Part shown: one piece after another, positions 40,351-48,158 of the stretch
Numbering within the stretch: the first letter of the stretch is position 1
Layout: each line of letters opens with the position of its first letter
Source of the DNA: Candidatus Bathyarchaeota archaeon
GTDB lineage: Archaea; Thermoproteota; Bathyarchaeia; Bathyarchaeales; Bathycorpusculaceae
Assembly (NCBI GenBank): GCA_963733095.1
Contig: CAVTBV010000006.1
Location: 74,971-138,970 of the forward strand
DNA length: 64,000 nt
Direction of reading: 5' to 3'
Translations under genes and position numbers: made by a program
The notes under the pieces: generated by a model
Database searches by the model: none
Told to the model about the DNA's origin: nothing
The model's input: only the letters and a program-made list of their open reading frames with translations

Positions 40351-41205
40351 ATGGGCGAGGTCATCAAGTATTTCTCGTTGATCCTTATCGCTATTTTGGT
40401 GTTTTCAAGTTTAATTATTATTAAATCTGCATATGCTCAAACAACGCCTAAGCCAATTGTTCCTGAATTCACTCTAGAAGTTGTTCGCAGTTCTTATGAG
40501 CATCCTGCGGTTTACTCAATAGACCCGTATACTGGGGAAAATGTGACAATTGTTCAAGCAAGAGTTGATTATGTGACGGAGATAGTTATTACGATTAAGA
40601 ATCAACTGTTTGCATCATATAAAGACTCAAATGGCAACTGGATTGAACTTTTCTACAATATTCAATCAAAGGGACATTTTTCACATTCGTGGAATACTAT
40701 TTCAAATATGTACGATATCGGTCCACTAAAACAATCAGACACTGGCTTTACAACTCAGAGCTATTGGGCAAACTCTACTCCGGCAAATGCCCAAATTGAT
40801 TTCAGAGCCCAGGCAATGATAGGGTTTTATCATGATGTTTACACTGGTCAAACACTTAATGGATATAGTCCAGTGTTTGTTGGAGAAAACAGCGCGTGGA
40901 GTAGCATACAAACTCTTAATATTACCGATAGCTCGACAATAATCTCCGAAACAGAGCCTTCTTCATCTCCTGCATCGCCCTCGCATAACCCAACCGAGAC
41001 GCCTCAGCAACCAAAGATTAAAACTGGGGTTTTGTTTGGTCTCAACTGGGAGCAAATAGCCATAATCCTGTTAGGCATCACAGTTATTTTTTTAATGATT
41101 ACATTAATTCTTTCAAGCAGAAGAAGTGCAAAGCAGACCAGCAATGTCGTTAATGCTTCGTTTCCTCAAGCGCTTTTAACATTGTTACTCCTTTATCGGT
41201 CATAA
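40351..41205 (+). CDS. Secreted, C-terminally anchored hypothetical protein
   Basis: Signal peptide, PKPIVPEFTL..., Ser/Pro linker, TM segment. Confidence 0.7.
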   Translation: MGEVIKYFSLILIAILVFSSLIIIKSAYAQTTPKPIVPEFTLEVVRSSYEHPAVYSIDPYTGENVTIVQARVDYVTEIVITIKNQLFASYKDSNGNWIELFYNIQSKGHFSHSWNTISNMYDIGPLKQSDTGFTTQSYWANSTPANAQIDFRAQAMIGFYHDVYTGQTLNGYSPVFVGENSAWSSIQTLNITDSSTIISETEPSSSPASPSHNPTETPQQPKIKTGVLFGLNWEQIAIILLGITVIFLMITLILSSRRSAKQTSNVVNASFPQALLTLLLLYRS

Positions 41206-41401
41206 CATATTTGGCTCGATATTTGGGCGAGTTTTTCTCGACATAGCCACTAAAAACTAAATGGGTAAACGTATTTTCAAAACTTGCATGAGTACCCGCT
41301 TTCGCAATGGTGCGTTTCGCTAGTTCTGTTCGGCTCAAAGGCTGACGACTAAGCTCATGCAAAATGATTTTTGTCAATTCTATGTTCAAATTCTTCATCA
41401 A
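41150..41401 (-). CDS. Small winged-helix protein
   Basis: ILHELSRQPLSRTEL...LVFSGYVEK...YVMTDKG. Confidence 0.7.
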   Translation of the reverse strand: MMKNLNIELTKIILHELSRQPLSRTELAKRTIAKAGTHASFENTFTHLVFSGYVEKNSPKYRAKYVMTDKGVTMLKALEETKH

Positions 41402-41772
41402 GCCTTTAGTCCTCCTTATGAACAGATTACCAATTGCACATTTCTAACTGCAGTCTTCTTCGGTGTGCCAGACGGTCCATATGCGTACGCCATAGCGTTT
41501 CAATAAGAGTTTTAGAGCCAGGATTATGAATGAGACAACTCCAATTTCTTGCTCAATGGCGGTTATCTGCTCAAATAAAATTCGTATCATCCATACACTT
41601 CCAAACTGTTTATTACCCTTTATTCTTTTAAACTACAAGATAAACCGACACTCTAGAGTCGGGGAGGGTTAAACGAAAGTGAAAATTACTGCTTTTACTA
41701 ATCAACACCTAGGTAACTACTGAGCTGTAACTTGTTTGAAAAGAAAACGGGTGAAGAAGAGGAAGACTGGCG

Positions 41773-41979
41773 CTACTCCTGATGAACCTTATGATCTTGA
41801 GGATGAACCATAAGTCGGTCTTTTTCAGGGCTTAGGTTTCTCCAACATTGATTGAACTTTTGTGTAACATGTAACTTAATCTTTATCGTTTCCTCTGGCA
41901 TATGATAGCTCGTGCCACAAAGGCGCTTATAGGTTTCAGCGTAAACTTCAACCGATAATTTCTTTGACATAAAACCCAA
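41773..41979 (-). CDS. Small hypothetical protein
   Basis: 68-aa ORF, no motif recognised. Confidence 0.3.
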   Translation of the reverse strand: MGFMSKKLSVEVYAETYKRLCGTSYHMPEETIKIKLHVTQKFNQCWRNLSPEKDRLMVHPQDHKVHQE

Positions 41980-42063
41980 TCATCACTAACTACCTGTGAA
42001 ACTTGCTAACACTAAGCATGAAAAAGACCCAACTTCCAAATCAGTCATAGTTGTAGACACTAC

Positions 42064-42276
42064 TTAGCCTTGCTTTTCAATCGGTACTCTAATTTTTTCA
42101 GACATAAGTTTAGGCAAAAGTAAGTCCCGAGTATTTGTTAAATTGCGTAACTCGCTTTCGTTTAGAAGAACTTTACCATCTAAAGCTTATATCAGTTCAC
42201 CAAACTTTTCCTGCAAATCCTTTGATGAAATAATTACCTCAAACTCATTCACATCTTGCTTATTGACTTGTCCTCT
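42064..42276 (-). pseudogene. hsdS: Type I restriction specificity subunit (HsdS) C-terminal remnant
   Basis: RGQVNKQDVNEFEVIISSKDLQEKFGELI*ALDGKVLLNESELRNLTNTRDLLLPKLMSEKIRVP, containing the HsdS RD.LLPKLMSG.IRV motif. Confidence 0.8.
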
Positions 42277-42347
42277 ATTAATCAAGCACATTAAATCGAA
42301 GAAGATAAAAGCTCTTTGACCTGATACTTTCATCACTCGAATGTTTC

Positions 42348-43133
42348 CTACTTTAGCCTTTCAACAAGTCGTTTTAGAGGCGCAAGAGTGCTTTGGTTTT
42401 TCTGCTCAATTTCAGTTGTTACTCTTGAGAAAATTTGATAAAGATTTTCGTTGTGAAGATTGCCGTTTCCATGCAAAAATGAAACCTGAAAAGCGAATGC
42501 TTCAATAAAAATCTCGCGCAATGTTATCAACTCCATATTTAGGAATTCCTTTATGTCCAATTCAGCATCTTTTGCACTCATTCCCTGTTGATCTATCATG
42601 ATTTTCTTCACGTAATCTACGTTAGGCAATTTATCTTTCGCTATGGCCTCTGCTGCGGCATTTACTATCGCTCGATAAATATCTGATCCATAATGCTGCT
42701 CAAACCAATCTATCTCCTTGAAAACTGCAAAATCTAACGTGACACCGCAGACTTTTAGAAACTTTGCTAAATCTTTTAGATTACACGGCTTTATCTTGCT
42801 AACAATAACTTGGTTTGATAGGTCAATTGTGTAATTATATTTGCCGTTTGCTGATAAAAAATCACTAGATGTCGGCACAATCGAGTTTAGAAAAGTGAAG
42901 ACACCTTTGAGAGTCAAGGCGTAAATCTTCTTTTCTTTTCCTCCTTTCTCAGAAGGTTCAACCCTTACTAACTTGATAAAGCCTTGACTTTCCAAGGGCT
43001 TGAGAGTTCTGAGGATAGTCCGATAGCTAAGACCTGTTTCTCCAGGCATTTTATATTGTTCTAATTCAGCGGTTGTTAGAAATGCTCTCATTATTTTTGT
43101 TTCAGTTTTAACTGCAGTCTTTGTCCTTGACAA
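42348..43133 (-). CDS. Winged-helix repressor-like regulator
   Basis: ETGLSYRTILRTLKPLESQGFIKL...GGKEKKIYALTLKG; divergent from the replication operon. Confidence 0.75.
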   Translation of the reverse strand: MSRTKTAVKTETKIMRAFLTTAELEQYKMPGETGLSYRTILRTLKPLESQGFIKLVRVEPSEKGGKEKKIYALTLKGVFTFLNSIVPTSSDFLSANGKYNYTIDLSNQVIVSKIKPCNLKDLAKFLKVCGVTLDFAVFKEIDWFEQHYGSDIYRAIVNAAAEAIAKDKLPNVDYVKKIMIDQQGMSAKDAELDIKEFLNMELITLREIFIEAFAFQVSFLHGNGNLHNENLYQIFSRVTTEIEQKNQSTLAPLKRLVERLK

Positions 43134-43207
43134 TGTGACATTACCTATCGTATTATGCCAAACAATGCTTATAAGGTTATTGGAACATTATACCAATCGA
43201 TGTGACA
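43132..43207. promoter_or_regulatory. Divergent promoter with two TGTGACA boxes around a palindromic TATA
   Basis: AATGTGACATT 43132-43142, CTTATAAG 43168-43175, TGTGACA 43201-43207. Confidence 0.55.
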
Positions 43208-43211
43208 AAAT

Positions 43212-43388
43212 ATGCCCATAATCAGGAAACTGACAACAGTAGGCGCATCAAAGGGAATAACCCTGCCAAAAAGCTGGCTAGAGAACGCCGAGCAACAAAC
43301 AGGTGAAAAAATAATAGCAATCGCCCTTGAAGTTAACGATACAATAACTATTCAGCCAGTTTTTGCAAAAAAGGAGAACCAACAATGA
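43212..43388 (+). CDS. AbrB/SpoVT-like small DNA-binding protein (58 aa, not in ORF track)
   Basis: MPIIRKLTTVGASKGITLPKSWL... swapped-hairpin signature; ATGA overlap with the next gene. Confidence 0.75.
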   Translation: MPIIRKLTTVGASKGITLPKSWLENAEQQTGEKIIAIALEVNDTITIQPVFAKKENQQ

Positions 43389-43783
43389 GCGGCGAACACA
43401 AGATTGACCTATCAAAGCTCAACGATTTTGAAATCTCGACGCTAATAATCGAGCGCAATACTTGTCAACATAAGGCCGAACAGATAGACGAACTTCTAAA
43501 CAAGATCGGGGAAGCCAAAGGATATACCGATGCAACTCTTCCAATCAAGAGTGAACCGAGCCAATTGCCCGGGACAGACTTCGATAAGCTACCATGGAAG
43601 TCCTATAGAACTAAGCAAGCCGCAGGTCCAAATGAGGCCGCATGGATTTTCTCCAACACTAAAGGTGATGAAGCGTTACTAGCTGCTTTAAAGTCAAAAA
43701 ACGGAAGGGTAACCATTGAAAGTTTTGAGTATCAACTTCAAGGAAATGCAAAGCAATTCGTTGCTAGGAACCCAATCAAATAA
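43385..43783 (+). CDS. Hypothetical protein of the replication operon
   Basis: 132-aa ORF with an AGGAG Shine-Dalgarno site, coupled to the AbrB gene. Confidence 0.7.
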   Translation: MSGEHKIDLSKLNDFEISTLIIERNTCQHKAEQIDELLNKIGEAKGYTDATLPIKSEPSQLPGTDFDKLPWKSYRTKQAAGPNEAAWIFSNTKGDEALLAALKSKNGRVTIESFEYQLQGNAKQFVARNPIK

Positions 43784-43795
43784 GGAGTTAAGTGA

Positions 43796-44863
43796 GTGCT
43801 GGCAGTTCAATACTATGTTGAAAATTCTTCAGATGAAACTCAAGCGCTCAATCTGTTAAAGAGACTCTTTGTCAACCGGACTGATTGTTACTGCATCCAA
43901 CTCAAGCAACAAGGATACACTCGCATAACCGAGCCGTTAACCGATGAAGTATTGCTGCGTCATTTAAACGGCGACATGACAGTTGGGTCATATCAAATAG
44001 ACGTTTACAATTGTGTTAAGTGGCTGTGTTTCGATTTTGATCCTGAAAAGTTACCTATTCCAAAAGGAGCAGTTAAACAAGTTTTATCAATAATGCTGGA
44101 AAAACAAAAAGGAGAGAACGGTACCAAAACACCAAGAATATGGCCCAACAGCATTATCTTGGAGTCTTCACGCTATCCTGACCCATCATACCATATTTGG
44201 GTGCTATTTCAAGACGCAATTAAAGCCAAAGCTGCCCGATGGTTGGGGCTATACATTCTTGAAATGGCAGGTTTAAGTCCTAAGCAAGTTGAAGTTTTCC
44301 CCAAACAAGATGAAGTTACACTAGAGAGACCGTTTGGTAACTTTGTGAAGTTGCCTTTTGGGAAGCATCAGGTTGAAGGTAAATGGAGCAGAATGTTGGA
44401 CTTAGAGACCTTTGAGCCATTGCCATCTGAAGAGCTAGAAAGCAAATATGGCTTAACTTTTAGTGAAAAGGACCTGGAGCAACTTGAAGGGTTACAAACA
44501 AAGAAGAACGTTCAAGTCAAGTTTGATGCGCCAACAGTTTCCAAGGAATTAGGGGGCAAAGATGAAGAAAAAACTGCACACTTTCTATCACGATACTGGT
44601 TGCCCGGGTACAGAAACGATCTAACTCTAAGTTTTTGTGGCATGTGCATAAAACAAGGCATCAGCCACAAATCCGCAAAACGAGTAATAGGGGAAGTCTG
44701 TGAGAGAACAGGTACTTCTTCTTGTGAGACTTCGGAATTTCTTCAGAAAGTAGATTACCAGTTTACCAATCGAGCCAACCTTGGAAGTTTGAAGGGCAGT
44801 TCCGGTATCAGAGAAGTCATTGAAGCGATAAAAGAAAAACAAACCGTTCAGGTGCATACTTAA
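43796..44863 (+). CDS. Archaeo-eukaryotic primase (AEP) with PriCT-like C-terminus
   Basis: LFVNRTDCY, HLNGDMTVGSY, CFDFD (motif I), SYHIW (motif II), EVFPKQ and GNFVKLP motifs; C-terminal PGYRNDLTLSFCG helices. Confidence 0.82.
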   Translation: MLAVQYYVENSSDETQALNLLKRLFVNRTDCYCIQLKQQGYTRITEPLTDEVLLRHLNGDMTVGSYQIDVYNCVKWLCFDFDPEKLPIPKGAVKQVLSIMLEKQKGENGTKTPRIWPNSIILESSRYPDPSYHIWVLFQDAIKAKAARWLGLYILEMAGLSPKQVEVFPKQDEVTLERPFGNFVKLPFGKHQVEGKWSRMLDLETFEPLPSEELESKYGLTFSEKDLEQLEGLQTKKNVQVKFDAPTVSKELGGKDEEKTAHFLSRYWLPGYRNDLTLSFCGMCIKQGISHKSAKRVIGEVCERTGTSSCETSEFLQKVDYQFTNRANLGSLKGSSGIREVIEAIKEKQTVQVHT

Positions 44864-46494
44864 TGTTGAGCAATAAACTAGAAAAAATTGAAAAAGATGT
44901 AGAAGAAAAAGACGTTTACGTTCAAAAGCCAACGGTAGTAACTCGAGAGTTTATAGCGGAAGAAGTCTGGGACAGAAGAGATCATCCTCAATATTTAGTT
45001 TACCGCTTCAAGGAAGACGCCTTTGAAACCCAAAAAGAAATTTCATCAGGGGAAACTAACGCTAAAGGACAAAACATCATCTATGTTCCGGTTTACAACG
45101 ATTCTCTAAAGAAAGGCCTGATAATTGTTCCGAGCGGATTTAGTGAAACTACGTTTAAGCAATTGTTTGAGGAGATAGATAAGTTTGCGCTGCTAAGTTA
45201 CGATCCTTGCGGACAGGATGCTCTTGTTAACTTGCTTACACGAATCTGCGTTGGATCATGGTTTCTTGACCGGTTTGTTTCTGACCCCGTTTTTGACATA
45301 GCTGGAAGCGGAAAATTTGCACCTATAATCCCAATTCGTGGACCAAGCCAAAGCGGCAAAAACCGCTTAGCCTTTGTTCTAAGATTACTAAGTTACAAAC
45401 CATACTTTGAAATGTCGACTTACCGAATACCCAGCCTTTACCGACCAATGGATCTCTGGCAAGGAACACTTGTGCTTGACGAAGCAGACTTCGCAAACAC
45501 TAACGAGAAAAGCGAACTAGTACATTTCTTGAATTGCCGAGCAACTGGAACACCGTTAAGTAGACAAAACCCAAACAACCCAGGAGTCACGGATACTTTC
45601 ACCAATTTTGGTCTAACAATCGTAACGCAGCGTAGGCCTTTTGATGATAACGCAACAGAAAGCCGAGCTTTGCCTTTCTACAGCGAAGCCAGCGACAAGC
45701 GCCTGCCAGTGATTGAAACAGACGAAATGCTCAAGCAAGGCTTAGAACTGCAAAACAAGCTCCTGTACCTGAGAATGAAGTATTACCGACAGGTTTCAAT
45801 AAACAAGGAAGCCTGGGTCGATGAATTAAATGACCATCGGCTAGTAGCTTCACTGTTGCCTCTTATCGCCTTAAGCAGTCATGAGCCAAGCCTAAAAGAC
45901 ACCATAACAAAAACCGCTAAAGAGGTAGAAAAGGCAAAGATAGAGGAAAAAGCTAACAGCATGGATGGTCTAATTATCAATTTCTTATGGGATAAAATCA
46001 ATGAAGGCCTATTCGACAACTGGCGACCCAACATCTTTTACATACTAGATAAACGGGAAATAGGAACTGTAGATGATGACAAAGAAATAGAGCAGAAGAC
46101 TGCTTTAACAACAAAAGAACTAGCGGACCAGTTTAAATGGAGCTCACAGTCAATCCGTAAGGCTTTAGGCAGTTTAGGCATTGCCGAAAAAGGGTTGCCT
46201 ACTCAAGTAAAAGTTGATGGTCGCAATTCTAGAGTTATCTTTTTTGATCCAAGGAGAATTGAGAAGCGGCTTAGAGAATTTGTAGTTAATTATTCACCTG
46301 GAAAGGTAGCGGAAGTAACGCGAGTAACGGATTTAGCATGCGGTATACCTGATAGTCCGTTATTTGCTTTTTCAAGAAAAGATGAAATGCTGCATAGAAA
46401 AAGCGTTACTTCCGTTACCAGCGTTACCGAGCCTGAGCATTTCCTTTCTGATTTTGAGGATAAATGTGAACCGCCAAGCGAGGAGGTATCCTGA
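44863..46494 (+). CDS. P-loop Rep/helicase-like ATPase
   Basis: Walker A GPSQSGKN, Walker B TLVLDEAD, ESRA arginine-finger-like motif, C-terminal wHTH (LTTKELADQFKWSSQSIRKAL). TAATG coupling to the primase. Confidence 0.75.
   Translation: MLSNKLEKIEKDVEEKDVYVQKPTVVTREFIAEEVWDRRDHPQYLVYRFKEDAFETQKEISSGETNAKGQNIIYVPVYNDSLKKGLIIVPSGFSETTFKQLFEEIDKFALLSYDPCGQDALVNLLTRICVGSWFLDRFVSDPVFDIAGSGKFAPIIPIRGPSQSGKNRLAFVLRLLSYKPYFEMSTYRIPSLYRPMDLWQGTLVLDEADFANTNEKSELVHFLNCRATGTPLSRQNPNNPGVTDTFTNFGLTIVTQRRPFDDNATESRALPFYSEASDKRLPVIETDEMLKQGLELQNKLLYLRMKYYRQVSINKEAWVDELNDHRLVASLLPLIALSSHEPSLKDTITKTAKEVEKAKIEEKANSMDGLIINFLWDKINEGLFDNWRPNIFYILDKREIGTVDDDKEIEQKTALTTKELADQFKWSSQSIRKALGSLGIAEKGLPTQVKVDGRNSRVIFFDPRRIEKRLREFVVNYSPGKVAEVTRVTDLACGIPDSPLFAFSRKDEMLHRKSVTSVTSVTEPEHFLSDFEDKCEPPSEEVS
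46306..46427. repeat. Inverted iteron arrays, putative replication origin
   Basis: GTAGCG/GTAACG/GTAACG at 46306, 46315, 46324 and CGTTAC at 46404, 46413, 46422, all with 9-bp period, flanking a spacer with an AT-rich stretch. Confidence 0.7.
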
Positions 46495-46500
46495 GAGTTT

Positions 46501-47877
46501 ATGGTTGAGGTTCAGGGAAAAGCGTCTGCCTCTCCCGGCATACTTGGCAGTAACAGCGTTGACGATGGCACATGTCTTAGTGCTGTGCTTGAAGCTGGGA
46601 CGCTCCCAAATGAGCCTCAACCAAACGTTACCACAACCATATCCCCGGGTAGCTACGATGCACCCATTAAAACGGTCCAATGCCCCGAGTGCGGCAGCAC
46701 TAAAGTGTTCCGAAACGGCTTTTCCGACAGCGATTTTGATGCGAGAATTCAGCGTTATGTCTGCCGATCCTGCGGCCGCCGCTTTTCTGATCCAGACGAT
46801 CTAAAGAGGGCAAAACAAGTCGCAGACAATTATCTGCATACGTTGAACTTAAAAGTGGCAGACACTAATATCGAAGATAGCCAAGTATGCGTCTTAAAGG
46901 AAGAGGCGAAAAACTTGACACTCGAAACGTCTGAGAAAATCAGCGTTTTGCAGGGAGAAAAACAAGCAGCACGCGGAATAGACCTTATCGTCAGAGACTT
47001 TCAGTGGCAACTCAAGATAGAAGGCAAAGTGGACGTCACTATCAGAAACTATGGTTACTCGCTTCTACGGCTCTCAAAGCTAGGTGTTGACCTATTCAAC
47101 CCTGAATCCTTCAAAGAAGGCATGGCATTCAACGATACCCTAAAGAAAATGACTCCCATAAGGCGGCATGGGTTAACCAAAGCCTACAAAAGTTTCTTAG
47201 CTCACAACGGCATTAAAGCAGAGATACCCAAAATCAAATTCAAACGCAAAATCCCCTACATACCGCCAAAAGAGCACCAAGATCAGCTTTTCTCACGTTG
47301 CAGCCCTCAAATGGCGGCTTTCTGCTTCACGATGCAAGCAACCGGTGCCAGACCCATTGAGGCTCTTAGAATCGAATGGAACGACATCGACAGATCCCAC
47401 AAGCGAATCAACATTAACCATCCAGCCAAAGGCGGCAACAGTCGAAGTATACCTGTTAGCGAGCAACTCATAGAAATGCTGCTGATACTGCCACACGTCA
47501 ACGGTAAACTGGTCTTCACATACGGAACAACCGACAACGCAGGGAATGTCTTTAGAAGAATGCGCACCAGAGCAGTCAGACAATTCGGCAACCCAGAGCT
47601 GAAAAGAATTAGCTTCTACAGTTGCCGATACTGGAGAGCAACCAAAGAACGCCACGCCAAAGGCAACCCCGACGCCGTCCAATACCTACTAGGACACAGC
47701 TCCTTAGCCTACGTTCAAATCTACGCACAGCTAGCCGCTCAATGTTTCGGCGACCAAGAATATGATGTGATAGAAGTCAGAGATGCCCAGACACTAAGAG
47801 AAGTCGGCAGGAAGGGCTACGAGAAATACGGCGAACTCAACGGCGTATTATACTACCGCAAGCCCAAAACGGATTGA
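46501..47877 (+). CDS. int: Tyrosine integrase with N-terminal Zn ribbon
   Basis: TGARPIE (R), AKGG (K), YSCR (HxxR variant), LLGH and IYAQL (Y) motifs; N-terminal CPECGS...RYVCRSCG. Confidence 0.92.
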   Translation: MVEVQGKASASPGILGSNSVDDGTCLSAVLEAGTLPNEPQPNVTTTISPGSYDAPIKTVQCPECGSTKVFRNGFSDSDFDARIQRYVCRSCGRRFSDPDDLKRAKQVADNYLHTLNLKVADTNIEDSQVCVLKEEAKNLTLETSEKISVLQGEKQAARGIDLIVRDFQWQLKIEGKVDVTIRNYGYSLLRLSKLGVDLFNPESFKEGMAFNDTLKKMTPIRRHGLTKAYKSFLAHNGIKAEIPKIKFKRKIPYIPPKEHQDQLFSRCSPQMAAFCFTMQATGARPIEALRIEWNDIDRSHKRININHPAKGGNSRSIPVSEQLIEMLLILPHVNGKLVFTYGTTDNAGNVFRRMRTRAVRQFGNPELKRISFYSCRYWRATKERHAKGNPDAVQYLLGHSSLAYVQIYAQLAAQCFGDQEYDVIEVRDAQTLREVGRKGYEKYGELNGVLYYRKPKTD

Positions 47878-47965
47878 TGCGACATGAAAAACCTAAATAC
47901 ACCGTATACCTCTAAAAAACCGCTATCACATTTAGCACCGTGTACTAGCAGTTCATCATGGAAAA

Positions 47966-47985
47966 GGGTTCGTAGCCTAGCACGG
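47966..47985 (+). repeat. attR: 20-bp direct repeat
   Basis: Identical to 29540-29559; forms the tRNA-Arg 5' end. Confidence 0.93.
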
Positions 47986-48041
47986 ATTAAGGTGTCGGCC
48001 TTCGGAGCCGGAGATCGAGGGTTCAAATCCCTCCGGACCCG
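47966..48041 (+). tRNA. tRNA-Arg(UCG)
   Basis: Acceptor stem GGGTTCG/CGGACCC, anticodon arm TCGGC-CTTCGGA-GCCGG, T arm GAGGG-TTCAAAT-CCCTC. Confidence 0.93.
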
Positions 48042-48158
48042 CTTTTCTGGAATGATTTTTTGAAGTGACCTATTGTTGATGTGTTTTCTTTTTAGTTTCT
48101 AGTAAATCTTAAATCGCTAGCTCATACATAATGAAGCCTTGAGCAAGAGGGCGATAAT

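Larger units (their letters stand above)
29540..47985. mobile_element. 18.4-kb integrated element (satellite-like or reduced provirus) inserted in the 5' part of tRNA-Arg(UCG)
   Basis: Perfect 20-bp terminal direct repeat, tyrosine integrase next to attR, primase and Rep module, tail-fibre-like gene. Confidence 0.92.

Noticed and set aside
46501-47877. SSV1-type split integrase
   Set aside because: The att repeat lies outside the ORF and the integrase is uninterrupted.
29540-47985. Complete self-transmissible provirus or conjugative element
   Set aside because: No recognisable capsid, portal, TerL, VirB4/VirD4 or relaxase gene.
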